DNA of 64,000 bases from an uncultured Nitrospiraceae bacterium (GTDB lineage Bacteria > Nitrospirota > Nitrospiria > Nitrospirales > Nitrospiraceae): positions 96,001-160,000 of the forward strand of contig CAVSTP010000004.1 in assembly GCA_963730935.1 (NCBI GenBank), given 5' to 3'. How positions within the stretch are numbered: the first letter of the stretch is position 1; every line of letters starts with the position of its first letter. Below the pieces are notes generated by a model, which was not told the origin of the DNA, did not search any database, and was given only the letters and a program-made list of their open reading frames with translations. This document shows, in pieces, positions 36,250 through 46,392 of this stretch. The translations under genes were made by a program, and so were the position numbers.

Positions 36250-39143
36250 CCGTGCCGCCGCAGCCGACGTTCCCCTTGGCCACATATCGACTACAGTTGC
36301 ACCGTGGGTTCACCTTTGCCGACGCCGCGCGGGCCGTGACCTATCTCCACACCCTCGGCATCACCGATTGTTACCTGTCTCCCATCAGCAAAGCGGCGCC
36401 AGGAAGCGATCACGGATACGACGTGATCGACCCCGTCGTGATGAATCCAGAGCTGGGAAGTGAGAAGGACTTTGAGGAATTTGTCAGGACGGTGCAGGCC
36501 CACGGGGTGGGCCTCGTCCTCGACGTCGTTCCCAATCATATGGGCATCGGCAAGTCCATGAACCGCTGGTGGCGTGATGTGCTGGAAAACGGTCCCAGCT
36601 CCAGGTACGCAACGGCGTTCGACATCGACTGGCATCCGATCAAGCGCGAACTCGAGAACAAAGTCTTACTGCCGATTCTCGGCGATCAATACGGTGCAGT
36701 CCTCGAAAATCAGGACATGGAGCTCGTATACGAGGATGGGACATTTCTGCTGCGATATGGAGACCATCGCCTTCCTTTGGCGCCGAAAACCTGGACAAGG
36801 ATCCTCGCGCACCGTCTCGAGTTGCTGGTAGCGGAAGACGACCAGGCGATGCCGGTGTTGGAGCTACAAAGCATTCTGACCGCACTCAAGAACCTGCCCG
36901 GCGTTGAGGAACGAACACCCGAACGGATCGCCGAGCATTACCGCGAAAAAGAAATCGTGAAGAAACGGCTGATGGTTTTGATGGAGGAGAGCCCCGTCAT
37001 CCGCGCATTCGTGCTCGAGAATGTGCGGATCTTCAACGGGGAGCACGGGCGGTCCGAGAGCTTCGATCTTCTCGATGCGCTGCTCAACGAACAGGCGTAC
37101 CGACTCGCCTCTTGGAAAGTGGCGTCCGAGGAAATAAATTATCGGCGATTTTTCGACATCAATGAACTCGCCGCCATCCGGATGGAAGAGGAAGCAGTGT
37201 TCCAGGAATCGCACCTGCTCCTGCTGCAGTTGGTGCGCCAGGGAATCGTCCGGGGCTGCCGCATCGATCATATCGACGGCCTGTACGATCCCGGGCGTTA
37301 TCTTCAGCAACTGCGGGAACTGACGACGTCGCAGGCGGACGGTTCACAGACGCCGCTGTTTATTGTGGTGGAGAAAATCCTCGGCAAGGATGAGCCGTTG
37401 CCGGAATCGTGGCCTGTCCAAGGGACCACGGGCTACGATTTTCTCAACCAGGTGAATGGGCTGTTCGTGGCGGGCATGAACGAAAAATTCTTCACCTCTT
37501 TCTACACCAAGATCACCGGCTGGGAAGACGACTACGCCGATCTGGTGTACGCCTGCAAGCAATTGATCATGCAGGTTTCGATGGCGAGTGAGATCAACGT
37601 GCTGGGCCACCAACTCAACGTGATCTCGGAGCGGGACCGGCGCTCGCGGGACTTTACGTTGAACAATCTCACAGACGCGATTCGGGAAATCATCGCCTGC
37701 TTCCCGGTCTATCGGACGTACGTCACCGTAGGGTCGGAAACCGTCGTCGACCGTGATCGCGCCTACATCCATATGGCCGTTGCGCGTGCGAAACGAAGGA
37801 ACCCCGCCATCAGCGGTCAGGTGTTTGATTTCATCCGGTCGATTCTCTTGAAGCAGCGCGAAACCCGCACAAAGGATGATCAGGACGAACAGCTCCGCTT
37901 CGTCATGAAATTCCAGCAAACGACGAGCCCGGTCACGGCCAAAGGTGTCGAGGACACGGCATTTTACCGGTATCACCGCCTGGCCTCGCTGAACGAGGTC
38001 GGCGGCGAGCCGGAGCAGTTTGGACTGTCGGTGGAAGAATTCCACAAACGGATGTGGGAGCGGCAGGCTCGCTGGCCTCACTCCCTGTCTGCCTCGTCCA
38101 CGCACGACACGAAACGGAGCGAAGACGTGCGCGCCCGGATCAATGTGCTGTCGGAGCTGCCGCAGGAATGGAAACTCAAAGTGAGCCGATGGAGTCGTCT
38201 GAACCGGCATCACTTCAAGAAGAACGAAGGCGAGCGGATGCCCAATCGCAATGACGAGTATCTGTTTTATCAAACTCTCGTCGGTGTGTGGCCGCTCGAA
38301 GCCTTGGGTGATGACGCGTATAAGGAATTCTCCGAGCGCATTCAGCGATACATGCAAAAGGCCGTGCACGAGGCCAAGGCCCATACCAGTTGGATAAACC
38401 CGAGCCCTGCCTACGATCACTCGGTGCAGACGTTCGTCGAAGGTGCGCTGGCGCGGACGCCGTCGAATCGCTTTCTCGAGGATTTTCTGCCTTTTCAGGA
38501 ACGCGTGGCGCGCTACGGCCTGTACAACTCCCTGAGCCAATTGGCCTTGAAAATCACCTCGCCCGGCGTGCCTGATTTTTACCAGGGCACCGAACTCTGG
38601 TCCTTCCACCTCGTTGACCCTGACAACCGCGGTCCGGTGGACTATCGCATCCGATCGGAGATGGCGGAAGAACTTCGTTCGACCATGAAGCATCTTGGAC
38701 CCGATCGTGCGGAATTCGCGCGAGGGATGTTTGAACAGGTGCATGATGCGCGGGTGAAGATGTACACGATCATGACCGGGTTGGAATATCGCCGCCTGCA
38801 TCCGGAGCTCTTTCAGCAGGGTGAATATTTGCCGTTGGAATGCGGAGGCAGCAAGAAACAGCACGTCTGCGCCTTCGCCCGCCTGTATCAGCATAAGGCG
38901 CTGATCGCGGTGGTGCCGCGGCTGGTCGCCACGCTACACCCCGACGGCAAGCATCCGCCGATGGGATCCTCGGTATGGGAAGACACTTGGATTGCGACTC
39001 CTCCCTGGCCGACGCTCGGCGAGTTTCATCACCTCTTGACCGGCGAGATCATGAACGCCGAATCCCTCAACGGTCGCAGAGTCCTCCCCCTGGCGCGAGT
39101 GCTCAACCATGCGCCGATCGCTCTCCTCGAACGACTCTCGTAA
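36246..39143 (+). CDS. treY: Malto-oligosyltrehalose synthase
   Basis: ATYRLQ, DVVPNHMG, INYRRFFDINEL, RIDHIDGL, THDTKRSEDVRARI, LVDPDNR. Confidence 0.97.
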   Translation: MTVPPQPTFPLATYRLQLHRGFTFADAARAVTYLHTLGITDCYLSPISKAAPGSDHGYDVIDPVVMNPELGSEKDFEEFVRTVQAHGVGLVLDVVPNHMGIGKSMNRWWRDVLENGPSSRYATAFDIDWHPIKRELENKVLLPILGDQYGAVLENQDMELVYEDGTFLLRYGDHRLPLAPKTWTRILAHRLELLVAEDDQAMPVLELQSILTALKNLPGVEERTPERIAEHYREKEIVKKRLMVLMEESPVIRAFVLENVRIFNGEHGRSESFDLLDALLNEQAYRLASWKVASEEINYRRFFDINELAAIRMEEEAVFQESHLLLLQLVRQGIVRGCRIDHIDGLYDPGRYLQQLRELTTSQADGSQTPLFIVVEKILGKDEPLPESWPVQGTTGYDFLNQVNGLFVAGMNEKFFTSFYTKITGWEDDYADLVYACKQLIMQVSMASEINVLGHQLNVISERDRRSRDFTLNNLTDAIREIIACFPVYRTYVTVGSETVVDRDRAYIHMAVARAKRRNPAISGQVFDFIRSILLKQRETRTKDDQDEQLRFVMKFQQTTSPVTAKGVEDTAFYRYHRLASLNEVGGEPEQFGLSVEEFHKRMWERQARWPHSLSASSTHDTKRSEDVRARINVLSELPQEWKLKVSRWSRLNRHHFKKNEGERMPNRNDEYLFYQTLVGVWPLEALGDDAYKEFSERIQRYMQKAVHEAKAHTSWINPSPAYDHSVQTFVEGALARTPSNRFLEDFLPFQERVARYGLYNSLSQLALKITSPGVPDFYQGTELWSFHLVDPDNRGPVDYRIRSEMAEELRSTMKHLGPDRAEFARGMFEQVHDARVKMYTIMTGLEYRRLHPELFQQGEYLPLECGGSKKQHVCAFARLYQHKALIAVVPRLVATLHPDGKHPPMGSSVWEDTWIATPPWPTLGEFHHLLTGEIMNAESLNGRRVLPLARVLNHAPIALLERLS

Positions 39144-39241
39144 CACGCTCGAATGACACGCTCAGCGCCGTTTCTCTAGGGATGCTCCCAGTTGGTGACC
39201 CCCAGGTGCGTGGTATCGTCATCAGAGGAACGAACAACGAG

Positions 39242-39460
39242 ATGCCGCACCAACATCCCAGCGCAACCGGCGAGACCATGACGGGGACCACGACCGAGTC
39301 ACTTGGGCTCAACCCCGAGGACGAAACCTATGTCGATGAAACAACAGGATGGCTTGATCGCATCGAACGCATCGAATTGGTGATCAAGCGGTACCCCTGG
39401 CCAACGGTGCTCCTCGCACTGGGTGTCGGGTACGCGATCTCCCGGCGGTTGTTGAGGTAA
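39242..39460 (+). CDS. Small tail-anchored ElaB/YqjD-like protein
   Basis: IKRYPWPTVLLALGVGYAISR C-terminal motif; start uncertain (39242 or 39278). Confidence 0.6.
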   Translation: MPHQHPSATGETMTGTTTESLGLNPEDETYVDETTGWLDRIERIELVIKRYPWPTVLLALGVGYAISRRLLR

Positions 39461-39462
39461 CC

Positions 39463-39879
39463 ATGCAGGAAACAACTCGGCAGTCCGGATTCGGGTTGAT
39501 GAGCCTTGTGAGCGGCATCCTGGACGATGCCAGAGTGCTGATGCGTCAAGAGGCGCAACTATTAAAGGATGAAGTCAAACTTGAATTATCCAAAGCCGGA
39601 CGCGCGGCTTCCGGCTTCGGCATTGGCGCAGTCTTGACGGGCATCGGGGTGCTCTTCCTCTTGCTCATGGTGGTTCACGGCCTGCACGAATGGTTCTCGT
39701 GGCCGCTGTGGGTGTGCTACGGACTGGTCGGAGCTGCCATCGCCGGAATCGGCATCACGCTGATCCTGAGGGCGCAGACCCTGGCTGGGAGCGTGCAGGC
39801 CACGCCGCGTCGAAGCCTCAAAACGATGAAGGAAAATGTCCAATGGATCAAAGAGCGCATGATGTTGAAGAGGACGTAA
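39463..39879 (+). CDS. YqjE/DUF1469 ('phage holin family') membrane protein
   Basis: DARVLMRQEAQLLKDE, two TM segments, PRRSLKTMKENVQWIK. Confidence 0.85.
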   Translation: MQETTRQSGFGLMSLVSGILDDARVLMRQEAQLLKDEVKLELSKAGRAASGFGIGAVLTGIGVLFLLLMVVHGLHEWFSWPLWVCYGLVGAAIAGIGITLILRAQTLAGSVQATPRRSLKTMKENVQWIKERMMLKRT

Positions 39880-40547
39880 AAAGCATCCTACAAACCCGTC
39901 TCGCATTGGGGGATAAGATCGAGACACTCGAGCGGCAGGTCGAAGCCACCGTGGAGTCCACCAAGGCCGCAGCGTTGGATGCGCTGGACCTCGCCAGGGA
40001 TAAGGCGGCCGGCTTCATCGAACGCACGACTCACCATCTCGATCCCTCTCTGCAGGCAGGCCGGAGACCGTGGATCATGGTGGGCAGTGCCATCGCGTTG
40101 GGGTTTGTCGTGGGCCTAGTCGAGCACAGGAGGCGAAGGTCCGGCGTTTATCGCTACTATCCACCGGACGCCGATGGAGCCGATGTGATGCCTGAGGATG
40201 GAGAATCCCGTGAGCCCAGGGGTGTCTATCCGTTCTACGGCCGTGAAGAAACCCGACCATACGCCGGTCGCCGACGGTTCGACGAGCCATCGGAGGGCCC
40301 CCGGTCGCATGCGGCGATCCCAGCGATGTCGGATGGGTGGAAGCCGTTGCGCGCCTTCTGGGAAGACCTTACGGCGGAAGTCGCCCAGGAACGGGACCGG
40401 CTGCAAAACACCGTCCTTCAAGCGGGCCGTTCGTTCATTCAGGACATGATTCGGATAGCTGGACAGTCGCTGCTTGATCAGCTGAGCCGGTCCGGCGGAC
40501 CAGGAGCCGCACGCCGCTCGGAGCGACGCCCGGTCCGCTACGAGTGA
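39843..40547 (+). CDS. DUF3618-like / DUF883-like protein
   Basis: ILQTRLALGDKIETLE, RRPWIMVGSAIALGFVVG; AAGGA RBS. Confidence 0.7.
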   Translation: MDQRAHDVEEDVKSILQTRLALGDKIETLERQVEATVESTKAAALDALDLARDKAAGFIERTTHHLDPSLQAGRRPWIMVGSAIALGFVVGLVEHRRRRSGVYRYYPPDADGADVMPEDGESREPRGVYPFYGREETRPYAGRRRFDEPSEGPRSHAAIPAMSDGWKPLRAFWEDLTAEVAQERDRLQNTVLQAGRSFIQDMIRIAGQSLLDQLSRSGGPGAARRSERRPVRYE

Positions 40548-40639
40548 TCGGTGTCGATCCACTGCGAGAGAGTCTTTCCCTTCACTGCCGCAGGGCGCTT
40601 TCTCTAACTGAATCCAGGCATCGCTTGGAAGGATAACAG

Positions 40640-42205
40640 ATGGCGAAGCGTCGTCGCGGATGGATTGTCGCGGTCGTCGTCCTGAGCCTCCTGGTACTGA
40701 CCGTCGTTCTAGCTGCGTCCTTGGCCGACGAGCCTCTTCGACGGTATGTCGAAGACCAGGCGAATTCGAAATTGCCGGGCTTTCACGTGACGATCGGCGC
40801 CCTCGACCTCCATCCGCTGACTTTGTCGGCGGATCTTCGCGACGTCGTCGTCCGCCAGGACATTCACCCTGATCCACCCGTCGTTTCTATTCCACGCGTC
40901 ACCGCCGATGCCCTGCTGGCCCCTCTGTTCTCAGGACAAGTGGGGGCTGATCTTCGCGTGGAGACGCCGGCATTCGCCTTTAATAAAAAACACATTGATG
41001 GATTGTTCAGGAAACGGGAGACGGAAGACGTCGACGATCAGGCCGAAGTGTGGCAAAACCGGTTGCGGGAGAGCGTGGCGTTCCGAGGGACGTTCTCCGT
41101 GAACAACGGTCACCTCACGTATGACGAAGGCAAAACGGCTTCCGAACCCTTTCGGATCGACCGTATAGACGTCGAAGTGCGGAACTTTACGAATCGGCCC
41201 GAGGAAAACCAGGAATATCCTTCGCAGGTACGCATGAACGCGCTGTTTCAGGATCAGTCGCAGATGGGGCTCGAGGGCCGGGTAAATCTCTTGGCCATCC
41301 CGGTGCCTCGAGTCGAAGCCGACCTCAAGGTGGACCGTCTGCAATTGAAAAATCTGCTTCCGATTGCCGGGCGATACAACGTGCAGTGCACAACAGGGGC
41401 GCTCGATCTCCACGCGCGGGTGAAATACTCAACGGAAGCCACTATCGTCGAGATCAACGAACTGCGACTGCAAGATGCCAAGATCGATTACGTGCACTCG
41501 GCGGCGACGAAGCCTAAAGAAGTCCGACGGGCTAAGAAGGTCGCCGAGAAGGCCAACGAAGCGCCATCGACACGGGTCAAGGTCGAACATGGGAAGATCG
41601 TCAACAGCGAGGTCGGCTTCGTCAACAAGGCCACGGATCCCGACTATCGTGTCTCCATCAGCGACATAGACATGGATGTGACGAATCTCAGCAATCGCCT
41701 TGAGGAGGGGACCGGGATCGTCAAGATGACGGGCAAATTCATGGGGAGCGGTCCGATGGAGTGGAACGCCGCGTTCCGGCCGGAAAAACCCAGACCGGAC
41801 TTCGACCTGAACGTGAAAATCGTCCGGACGAAGGTGGAAGCGTTCAACAACGTCCTCCGTGCCTATGGCGACATGGACACGCATCACGGCATGTTCGCGT
41901 TTTTTGCCGACTTGAAGGTCAAGGACGATCAAATCCGCGGCTACGTGAAGCCGTTACTGAAGGACGTCGAGGTGTACGATCCGGAACAGGACAAGGATAA
42001 GCCGTTGACGAAAAAAATCTACGAATCGGTGGTCGGCGGCGTGCTGGGGATCCTGGAGAACAAGTCGAGGCACGAGGCGGCGACCGTCACCGACTTGTCC
42101 GGCCCTGTCGAGAACCCGCAGGCCAACACCTGGCAGATTGTCGCGAACTTGGTGCAAAACGCCTTCTTCAAAGCGATCCTGCCGGGCTTTGAACGAGTCA
42201 AATAA
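40640..42205 (+). CDS. DUF748 (AsmA-like) protein
   Basis: N-terminal TM, beta-rich body, GYVKPLLKD, LVQNAFFKAILPGF. Confidence 0.85.
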   Translation: MAKRRRGWIVAVVVLSLLVLTVVLAASLADEPLRRYVEDQANSKLPGFHVTIGALDLHPLTLSADLRDVVVRQDIHPDPPVVSIPRVTADALLAPLFSGQVGADLRVETPAFAFNKKHIDGLFRKRETEDVDDQAEVWQNRLRESVAFRGTFSVNNGHLTYDEGKTASEPFRIDRIDVEVRNFTNRPEENQEYPSQVRMNALFQDQSQMGLEGRVNLLAIPVPRVEADLKVDRLQLKNLLPIAGRYNVQCTTGALDLHARVKYSTEATIVEINELRLQDAKIDYVHSAATKPKEVRRAKKVAEKANEAPSTRVKVEHGKIVNSEVGFVNKATDPDYRVSISDIDMDVTNLSNRLEEGTGIVKMTGKFMGSGPMEWNAAFRPEKPRPDFDLNVKIVRTKVEAFNNVLRAYGDMDTHHGMFAFFADLKVKDDQIRGYVKPLLKDVEVYDPEQDKDKPLTKKIYESVVGGVLGILENKSRHEAATVTDLSGPVENPQANTWQIVANLVQNAFFKAILPGFERVK

Positions 42206-42206
42206 C

Positions 42207-43112
42207 ATGAGCGGAGCCAATCCCTGGAAGCTCGGCGGCCTGAACCTGGTGGAGTTGGGACGGCGGCTGTGGCACAAAAATCAACAAGACGAGGTGATGG
42301 GCCGTGCGGCGCAACTGTCGTATTACGCCCTGCTTGCGCTCTTTCCCGCTTTGATCTTCCTGACCGCCTTGATGGGTCTGTTCTCGGTTCAGCGCTTCAT
42401 GCCGGAGCTGATGAGTTACCTGCGCAACGTGCTTCCGGCGGACGCCTTGTCGATGGTCGAGCGATTTTTGACCCAGGTCGCCGAAGGCAGCGGAGCCAAT
42501 ATCTTGTCACTGGGTGCGCTCGGAGCGCTCTGGGCCTCGTCGAGCGGGGTGACGGCCATGATGGACGCGTTGAACGTAGTGTTCGATGTCAAGGAGGACC
42601 GGCGTCCCTTTTGGCGCGTCCGTTTGATCGCCATTCTCCTCACGATCGGACTGGCGGGTTTCGTGATCATGTCCCTGGCGCTGGTACTCTATGGACCGAC
42701 GATCGGGCGGTGGATTGCGGATCGGATGGGGTTCGGCATCGCATTCACCGGGATCTGGAACGTGCTGCAGTGGCCGATCATCGCCGGTCTCATGCTCATC
42801 GTCGTCGCGACCATTTATCACATCTGCCCCGACCGCCGGTACAAGCGCTGGCGTTTGATTACTCCCGGGGCGCTGTTCGCCGTAATCATGTGGCTGGTCG
42901 TGTCGCTCGGATTCAAGGCCTACGTGGACAATTTCAGCGACTACAACAAAGTGTACGGCTCGATCGCCGGCGTCATTGTCCTGATGCTGTGGTTTTACTG
43001 GAGCGGCCTAGTGCTGCTGCTGGGCGGGGAGATCAACGCGGAAATCGAAAAGCCGGCCGCCGAAAGGAATGTTGCGTCTGCTGAGCAGAGTCGGGCGAAA
43101 CAGGCGGCGTAA
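42207..43112 (+). CDS. yihY: YihY/BrkB family membrane protein
   Basis: AAQLSYYALLALFP, YNKVYGSIAGVIVLMLWFY, LLGGEINA. Confidence 0.92.
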   Translation: MSGANPWKLGGLNLVELGRRLWHKNQQDEVMGRAAQLSYYALLALFPALIFLTALMGLFSVQRFMPELMSYLRNVLPADALSMVERFLTQVAEGSGANILSLGALGALWASSSGVTAMMDALNVVFDVKEDRRPFWRVRLIAILLTIGLAGFVIMSLALVLYGPTIGRWIADRMGFGIAFTGIWNVLQWPIIAGLMLIVVATIYHICPDRRYKRWRLITPGALFAVIMWLVVSLGFKAYVDNFSDYNKVYGSIAGVIVLMLWFYWSGLVLLLGGEINAEIEKPAAERNVASAEQSRAKQAA

Positions 43113-43129
43113 GCAGAGGGGAGGATGCC

Positions 43130-43996
43130 ATGGCTCGAACGCTTTGGAAGGGCGCCATCAGTTTTGGTCTCGTGCACATTCCGGTTGGACTCTATTCCGC
43201 CGAGAAGCGCAACAGCTTCGACCTCACGATGCTGGATCGGCGCTCGATGAAACCGGTGGGGTTCAAACGCTACAACAAGGAGACCGGAGAGGACGTTTCG
43301 TGGGACGACATCGTCAAGGGCTATGAGTATGAGAAAGACCGTTATGTCGTCCTGACCGAAGAAGATTTCAAACGCGCCAACGTCGAAGCGACTCAAACCG
43401 TCGATATTCTCAGTTTCGTCAATCGAGACCAGATCGGTACGATGTATTACGAAACCCCGTACTACCTCGCGCCGGACAAGCGGGGCCATAAAGGCTACGC
43501 GCTTCTGCGGGAAACGCTGACGCAGACCGGAAAAATCGGCATTGCCAACGTCGTCATCCGGACGCGCCAGTATGTGGCTGCTCTCATTCCTTACAAGCAC
43601 GTCATTCTGATGAACACGCTCCGGTACCCCAGCGAGTTGCGGGACACCGACGATCTGGATGTGCCCTCGAGCAATCTCAAAGAGGTCGGCGTCAGTTCCC
43701 GGGAGGTGGAGATGGCGCGCAAGCTTGTCGAAGGCATGAGCGCGTCCTGGAAACCCGAGGACTACCGCGATACCTATCATGAAGATCTGCTGGCGTTGAT
43801 TGAAAAACGCGTGCAGGCGGGGCAGACGGAAATGGTGACTGAACCCTCGCCGGACGAGGAGAAACGGCCCGCCAAAGGCGAAGTCGTGGATTTGATGGCG
43901 CTGCTGAAGAAGAGCGTGGAAGAAAAAGGGAAGGTGCGCAGGCCGCAGGCGGCGGCGAAGGCACGAGCCCGGAAGTCCGGTCGCAAAGCGGCATAA
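43130..43996 (+). CDS. ku: NHEJ DNA end-binding protein Ku
   Basis: LWKGAISFGLVHIPV, IVKGYEY, PYYLAP, VVDLMALLKKS, basic tail. Confidence 0.96.
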   Translation: MARTLWKGAISFGLVHIPVGLYSAEKRNSFDLTMLDRRSMKPVGFKRYNKETGEDVSWDDIVKGYEYEKDRYVVLTEEDFKRANVEATQTVDILSFVNRDQIGTMYYETPYYLAPDKRGHKGYALLRETLTQTGKIGIANVVIRTRQYVAALIPYKHVILMNTLRYPSELRDTDDLDVPSSNLKEVGVSSREVEMARKLVEGMSASWKPEDYRDTYHEDLLALIEKRVQAGQTEMVTEPSPDEEKRPAKGEVVDLMALLKKSVEEKGKVRRPQAAAKARARKSGRKAA

Positions 43997-44086
43997 CGTG
44001 CATATCAGATCTCCAATCTCCAGTTTCAGATCGCCAAGATTGTGAGATCCGAGATTCTTGCACATGTGAAATGTGAGCTCTGAGAT

Positions 44087-45181
44087 ATGAAATCGGGACC
44101 ATGTTCCCCCACCACCGCCGACGGCAAATCGGCAGCTCGTTCTGCCGGTTTGCGCTACGTCGACGACCGACGTCCAGGCATCACCAGAGTCAGGCAGGGA
44201 AAGGGCGTCAGCTATCGGGATCCCGACGGGCGCCGAATCCTTCACGGGGAAACACTCACCCGCATCCGGTCATTGGCCGTGCCGCCGGCGTGGCGCGACG
44301 TCTGGATCTGTCCCGATCCAGAAGGGCACGTGCAGGCAACCGGTCGCGACGCGAGAGGCCGCAAACAGTACCGGTATCATCCACGCTGGCGTGAGGTGCG
44401 TGACGGCGACAAATACGAGCGGATGATTGCCTTTGGCCGTGCGCTCCCATTCATTCGAAGACGTGTGGAAAAGGATCTCGCGCGGCCGGGTCTTCCACGG
44501 GAAAAAATCCTGGCCACTGTGGTGCGACTTTTAGAAGTGACGCTGATTCGCGTCGGCAACGAGGAGTACGCCAGACAGAATGAGTCGTTTGGTCTTGCGA
44601 CGATGCGCGATCGTCACGTGCGTGTGAACGGGTCATCCCTCAGGTTCGAATTTCGAGGCAAGAGCGGCATCTTTCACGCGGTCGATGTCGAAGACCGCCG
44701 CCTCGCACGCATCGTTCGTCAGAGCCGTGATCTGCCGGGGTTCGAACTGTTCCAGTACGTCGATGCCAGCGGTGAGCGGCGGGCGATCGGTGCCTCCGAC
44801 GTCAACGCCTATCTCAAATCCGCCGCGGGGGATGAGTTTACCGCTAAGGATTTTCGCACTTGGGCCGGTACCGTGCTCGCGGCGCGGGCCCTGCGTGAAT
44901 TGGCGGTGTTCGAGTCCCAGGCCCAGGCGAAACGGAATGTTCTTCGAGCGGTCGAGGCGGTGGCGAAACGTCTCGGGAACACGAGAGCCGTCTGCCGGAG
45001 GTGCTATGTCCATCCTGAGGTCGTGAACGCATACCTCGACGGGACACTTGCGGAGTCGCTCAATCGGAAAGCCGGCCGGGAACTCCGCTCAAATCTGAAA
45101 AACTTGTCACACGAGGAAGCGGCCGTCTTGGCGCTGCTCCGCCGCGGATTGGAACAGGACGCCCGCTTGGCGGCGGCTTGA
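44087..45181 (+). CDS. Bacterial DNA topoisomerase IB
   Basis: VPPAWRDVWI, GRKQYRYH, IRVGNEEY, FRGKSG, KDFRTW, LGNT, catalytic Tyr in RRCYVHP. Confidence 0.95.
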   Translation: MKSGPCSPTTADGKSAARSAGLRYVDDRRPGITRVRQGKGVSYRDPDGRRILHGETLTRIRSLAVPPAWRDVWICPDPEGHVQATGRDARGRKQYRYHPRWREVRDGDKYERMIAFGRALPFIRRRVEKDLARPGLPREKILATVVRLLEVTLIRVGNEEYARQNESFGLATMRDRHVRVNGSSLRFEFRGKSGIFHAVDVEDRRLARIVRQSRDLPGFELFQYVDASGERRAIGASDVNAYLKSAAGDEFTAKDFRTWAGTVLAARALRELAVFESQAQAKRNVLRAVEAVAKRLGNTRAVCRRCYVHPEVVNAYLDGTLAESLNRKAGRELRSNLKNLSHEEAAVLALLRRGLEQDARLAAA

Positions 45182-45199
45182 AGAGGCGACCGGCGAGTG

Positions 45200-46192
45200 A
45201 TGCCATCCACCTGCTGCTCCATCGTCGTGCTCTCTTCACTTCTTCTCACCGCCTGTGCCTCTACGTTGCCGCCCGGGAAAGCGACCTTCATGTTTGACCG
45301 TCGCTGCCTGCCTGCTTCAATGGAGCTGCGCCGGATGCCACTTAGCGAGGTCGACAGGCGGGTTTCATCCAAGCCGTCGGCGGAACGGGACGCAGCGGCT
45401 AAACTGTATTCCACGATCGCCGTCCATGCCGCGGAGGTCATGGACCTTTTGCCGCTGCTGAATCGTCTGGCCCAGTTGGAAACCGAACAAGCGCCCCTTG
45501 CGGACATCGAGCGCGCACGCAGAAAATTGACGACGCACCTGCAACTGGCAAATCTTGAGGTTTCCAGTATCGTCGCAGAGATCGAGTGCGAAGCTCAACG
45601 AGCAGACGAGGTTCAGGATCGACTGAAACAAGTGCAAACGACACGGACGACGACCCAGACGATCCTCGGCGTGATCTTCGGAGGCTTGGCAAACATTTTG
45701 TCGGGCGGCATCGGCATGGCGACGCGGGCTGGAGATGCGGCCAACATCGCCTCGGTTGCGGGCGGTACCTTGGAAGTGCTGTTCGGCACGTCCGCCAATT
45801 TCACGAAGGTGCGTCAGGAATTCAGCCATCCGCACAATCACCTCCAAGCCTTCTGGGACGGCGAAGCAAACCAGCGAGAGTTTTTTCCCCCCGGCGTTTG
45901 GCGGTTTCTGACGGAGCCGGATATCCGCGATGTCGAGGGACACAGCCTGCGCGATGTGCTCGTTGAGACGTGGAATGAACAGGGGCGGCTGGGTGATCCA
46001 GGGTCTCAGGAAGAGCAACGCCGTAAGGCGCTCTTGTTCGGCGACGGCGGACTCTACGATAGCGATGATTTGCATGTCAGAGAAGCGATGCTGCAACAGT
46101 TGGAATCCAGCATCCAACTCATGCACCAGGATCTGGAAACGCTGTTACGTGAAGTATTGCTCCGCCAGGCGTTGGAGGAGGATCGCGTCTGA
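45200..46192 (+). CDS. Hypothetical lipoprotein
   Basis: LTAC lipobox; coiled coil followed by a Gly-rich hydrophobic hairpin. Confidence 0.75.
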   Translation: MPSTCCSIVVLSSLLLTACASTLPPGKATFMFDRRCLPASMELRRMPLSEVDRRVSSKPSAERDAAAKLYSTIAVHAAEVMDLLPLLNRLAQLETEQAPLADIERARRKLTTHLQLANLEVSSIVAEIECEAQRADEVQDRLKQVQTTRTTTQTILGVIFGGLANILSGGIGMATRAGDAANIASVAGGTLEVLFGTSANFTKVRQEFSHPHNHLQAFWDGEANQREFFPPGVWRFLTEPDIRDVEGHSLRDVLVETWNEQGRLGDPGSQEEQRRKALLFGDGGLYDSDDLHVREAMLQQLESSIQLMHQDLETLLREVLLRQALEEDRV

Positions 46193-46392
46193 GACCGGAT
46201 GTACAAAATGGTGACGGATATCCCGTAGGAGCAGGCGGAGGTTTTCCAGGGGTATCACTAGGTAGGTCCAGCGGTGGCCTGCCAAAGGATCGCTTTAGGG
46301 AAGCTCTTCGCTCTGCCGGTCAAAGTAGCTAAAGGCCAGAAAAACGGGAGCTTAGGAACAATCTTCGGATGCCTCACCAATACGGCTTCTCT

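Noticed and set aside
37344..38894. 516-aa antisense ORF (also 42995-44245, 54098-55231, 14602-15333)
   Set aside because: Lie opposite well-supported genes (treY, ku, kinase, glgB) and have no recognisable motifs
39463..39879. Prophage suggested by a 'phage holin family' gene
   Set aside because: YqjE/DUF1469-type protein in its usual stress-operon context; no phage structural or lysis genes
44005..44085. ATCTCCA-type heptamer repeats between ku and the Topo IB gene (and CTCAGC repeats at about 33984)
   Set aside because: Short degenerate low-complexity intergenic repeats; no specific function can be supported
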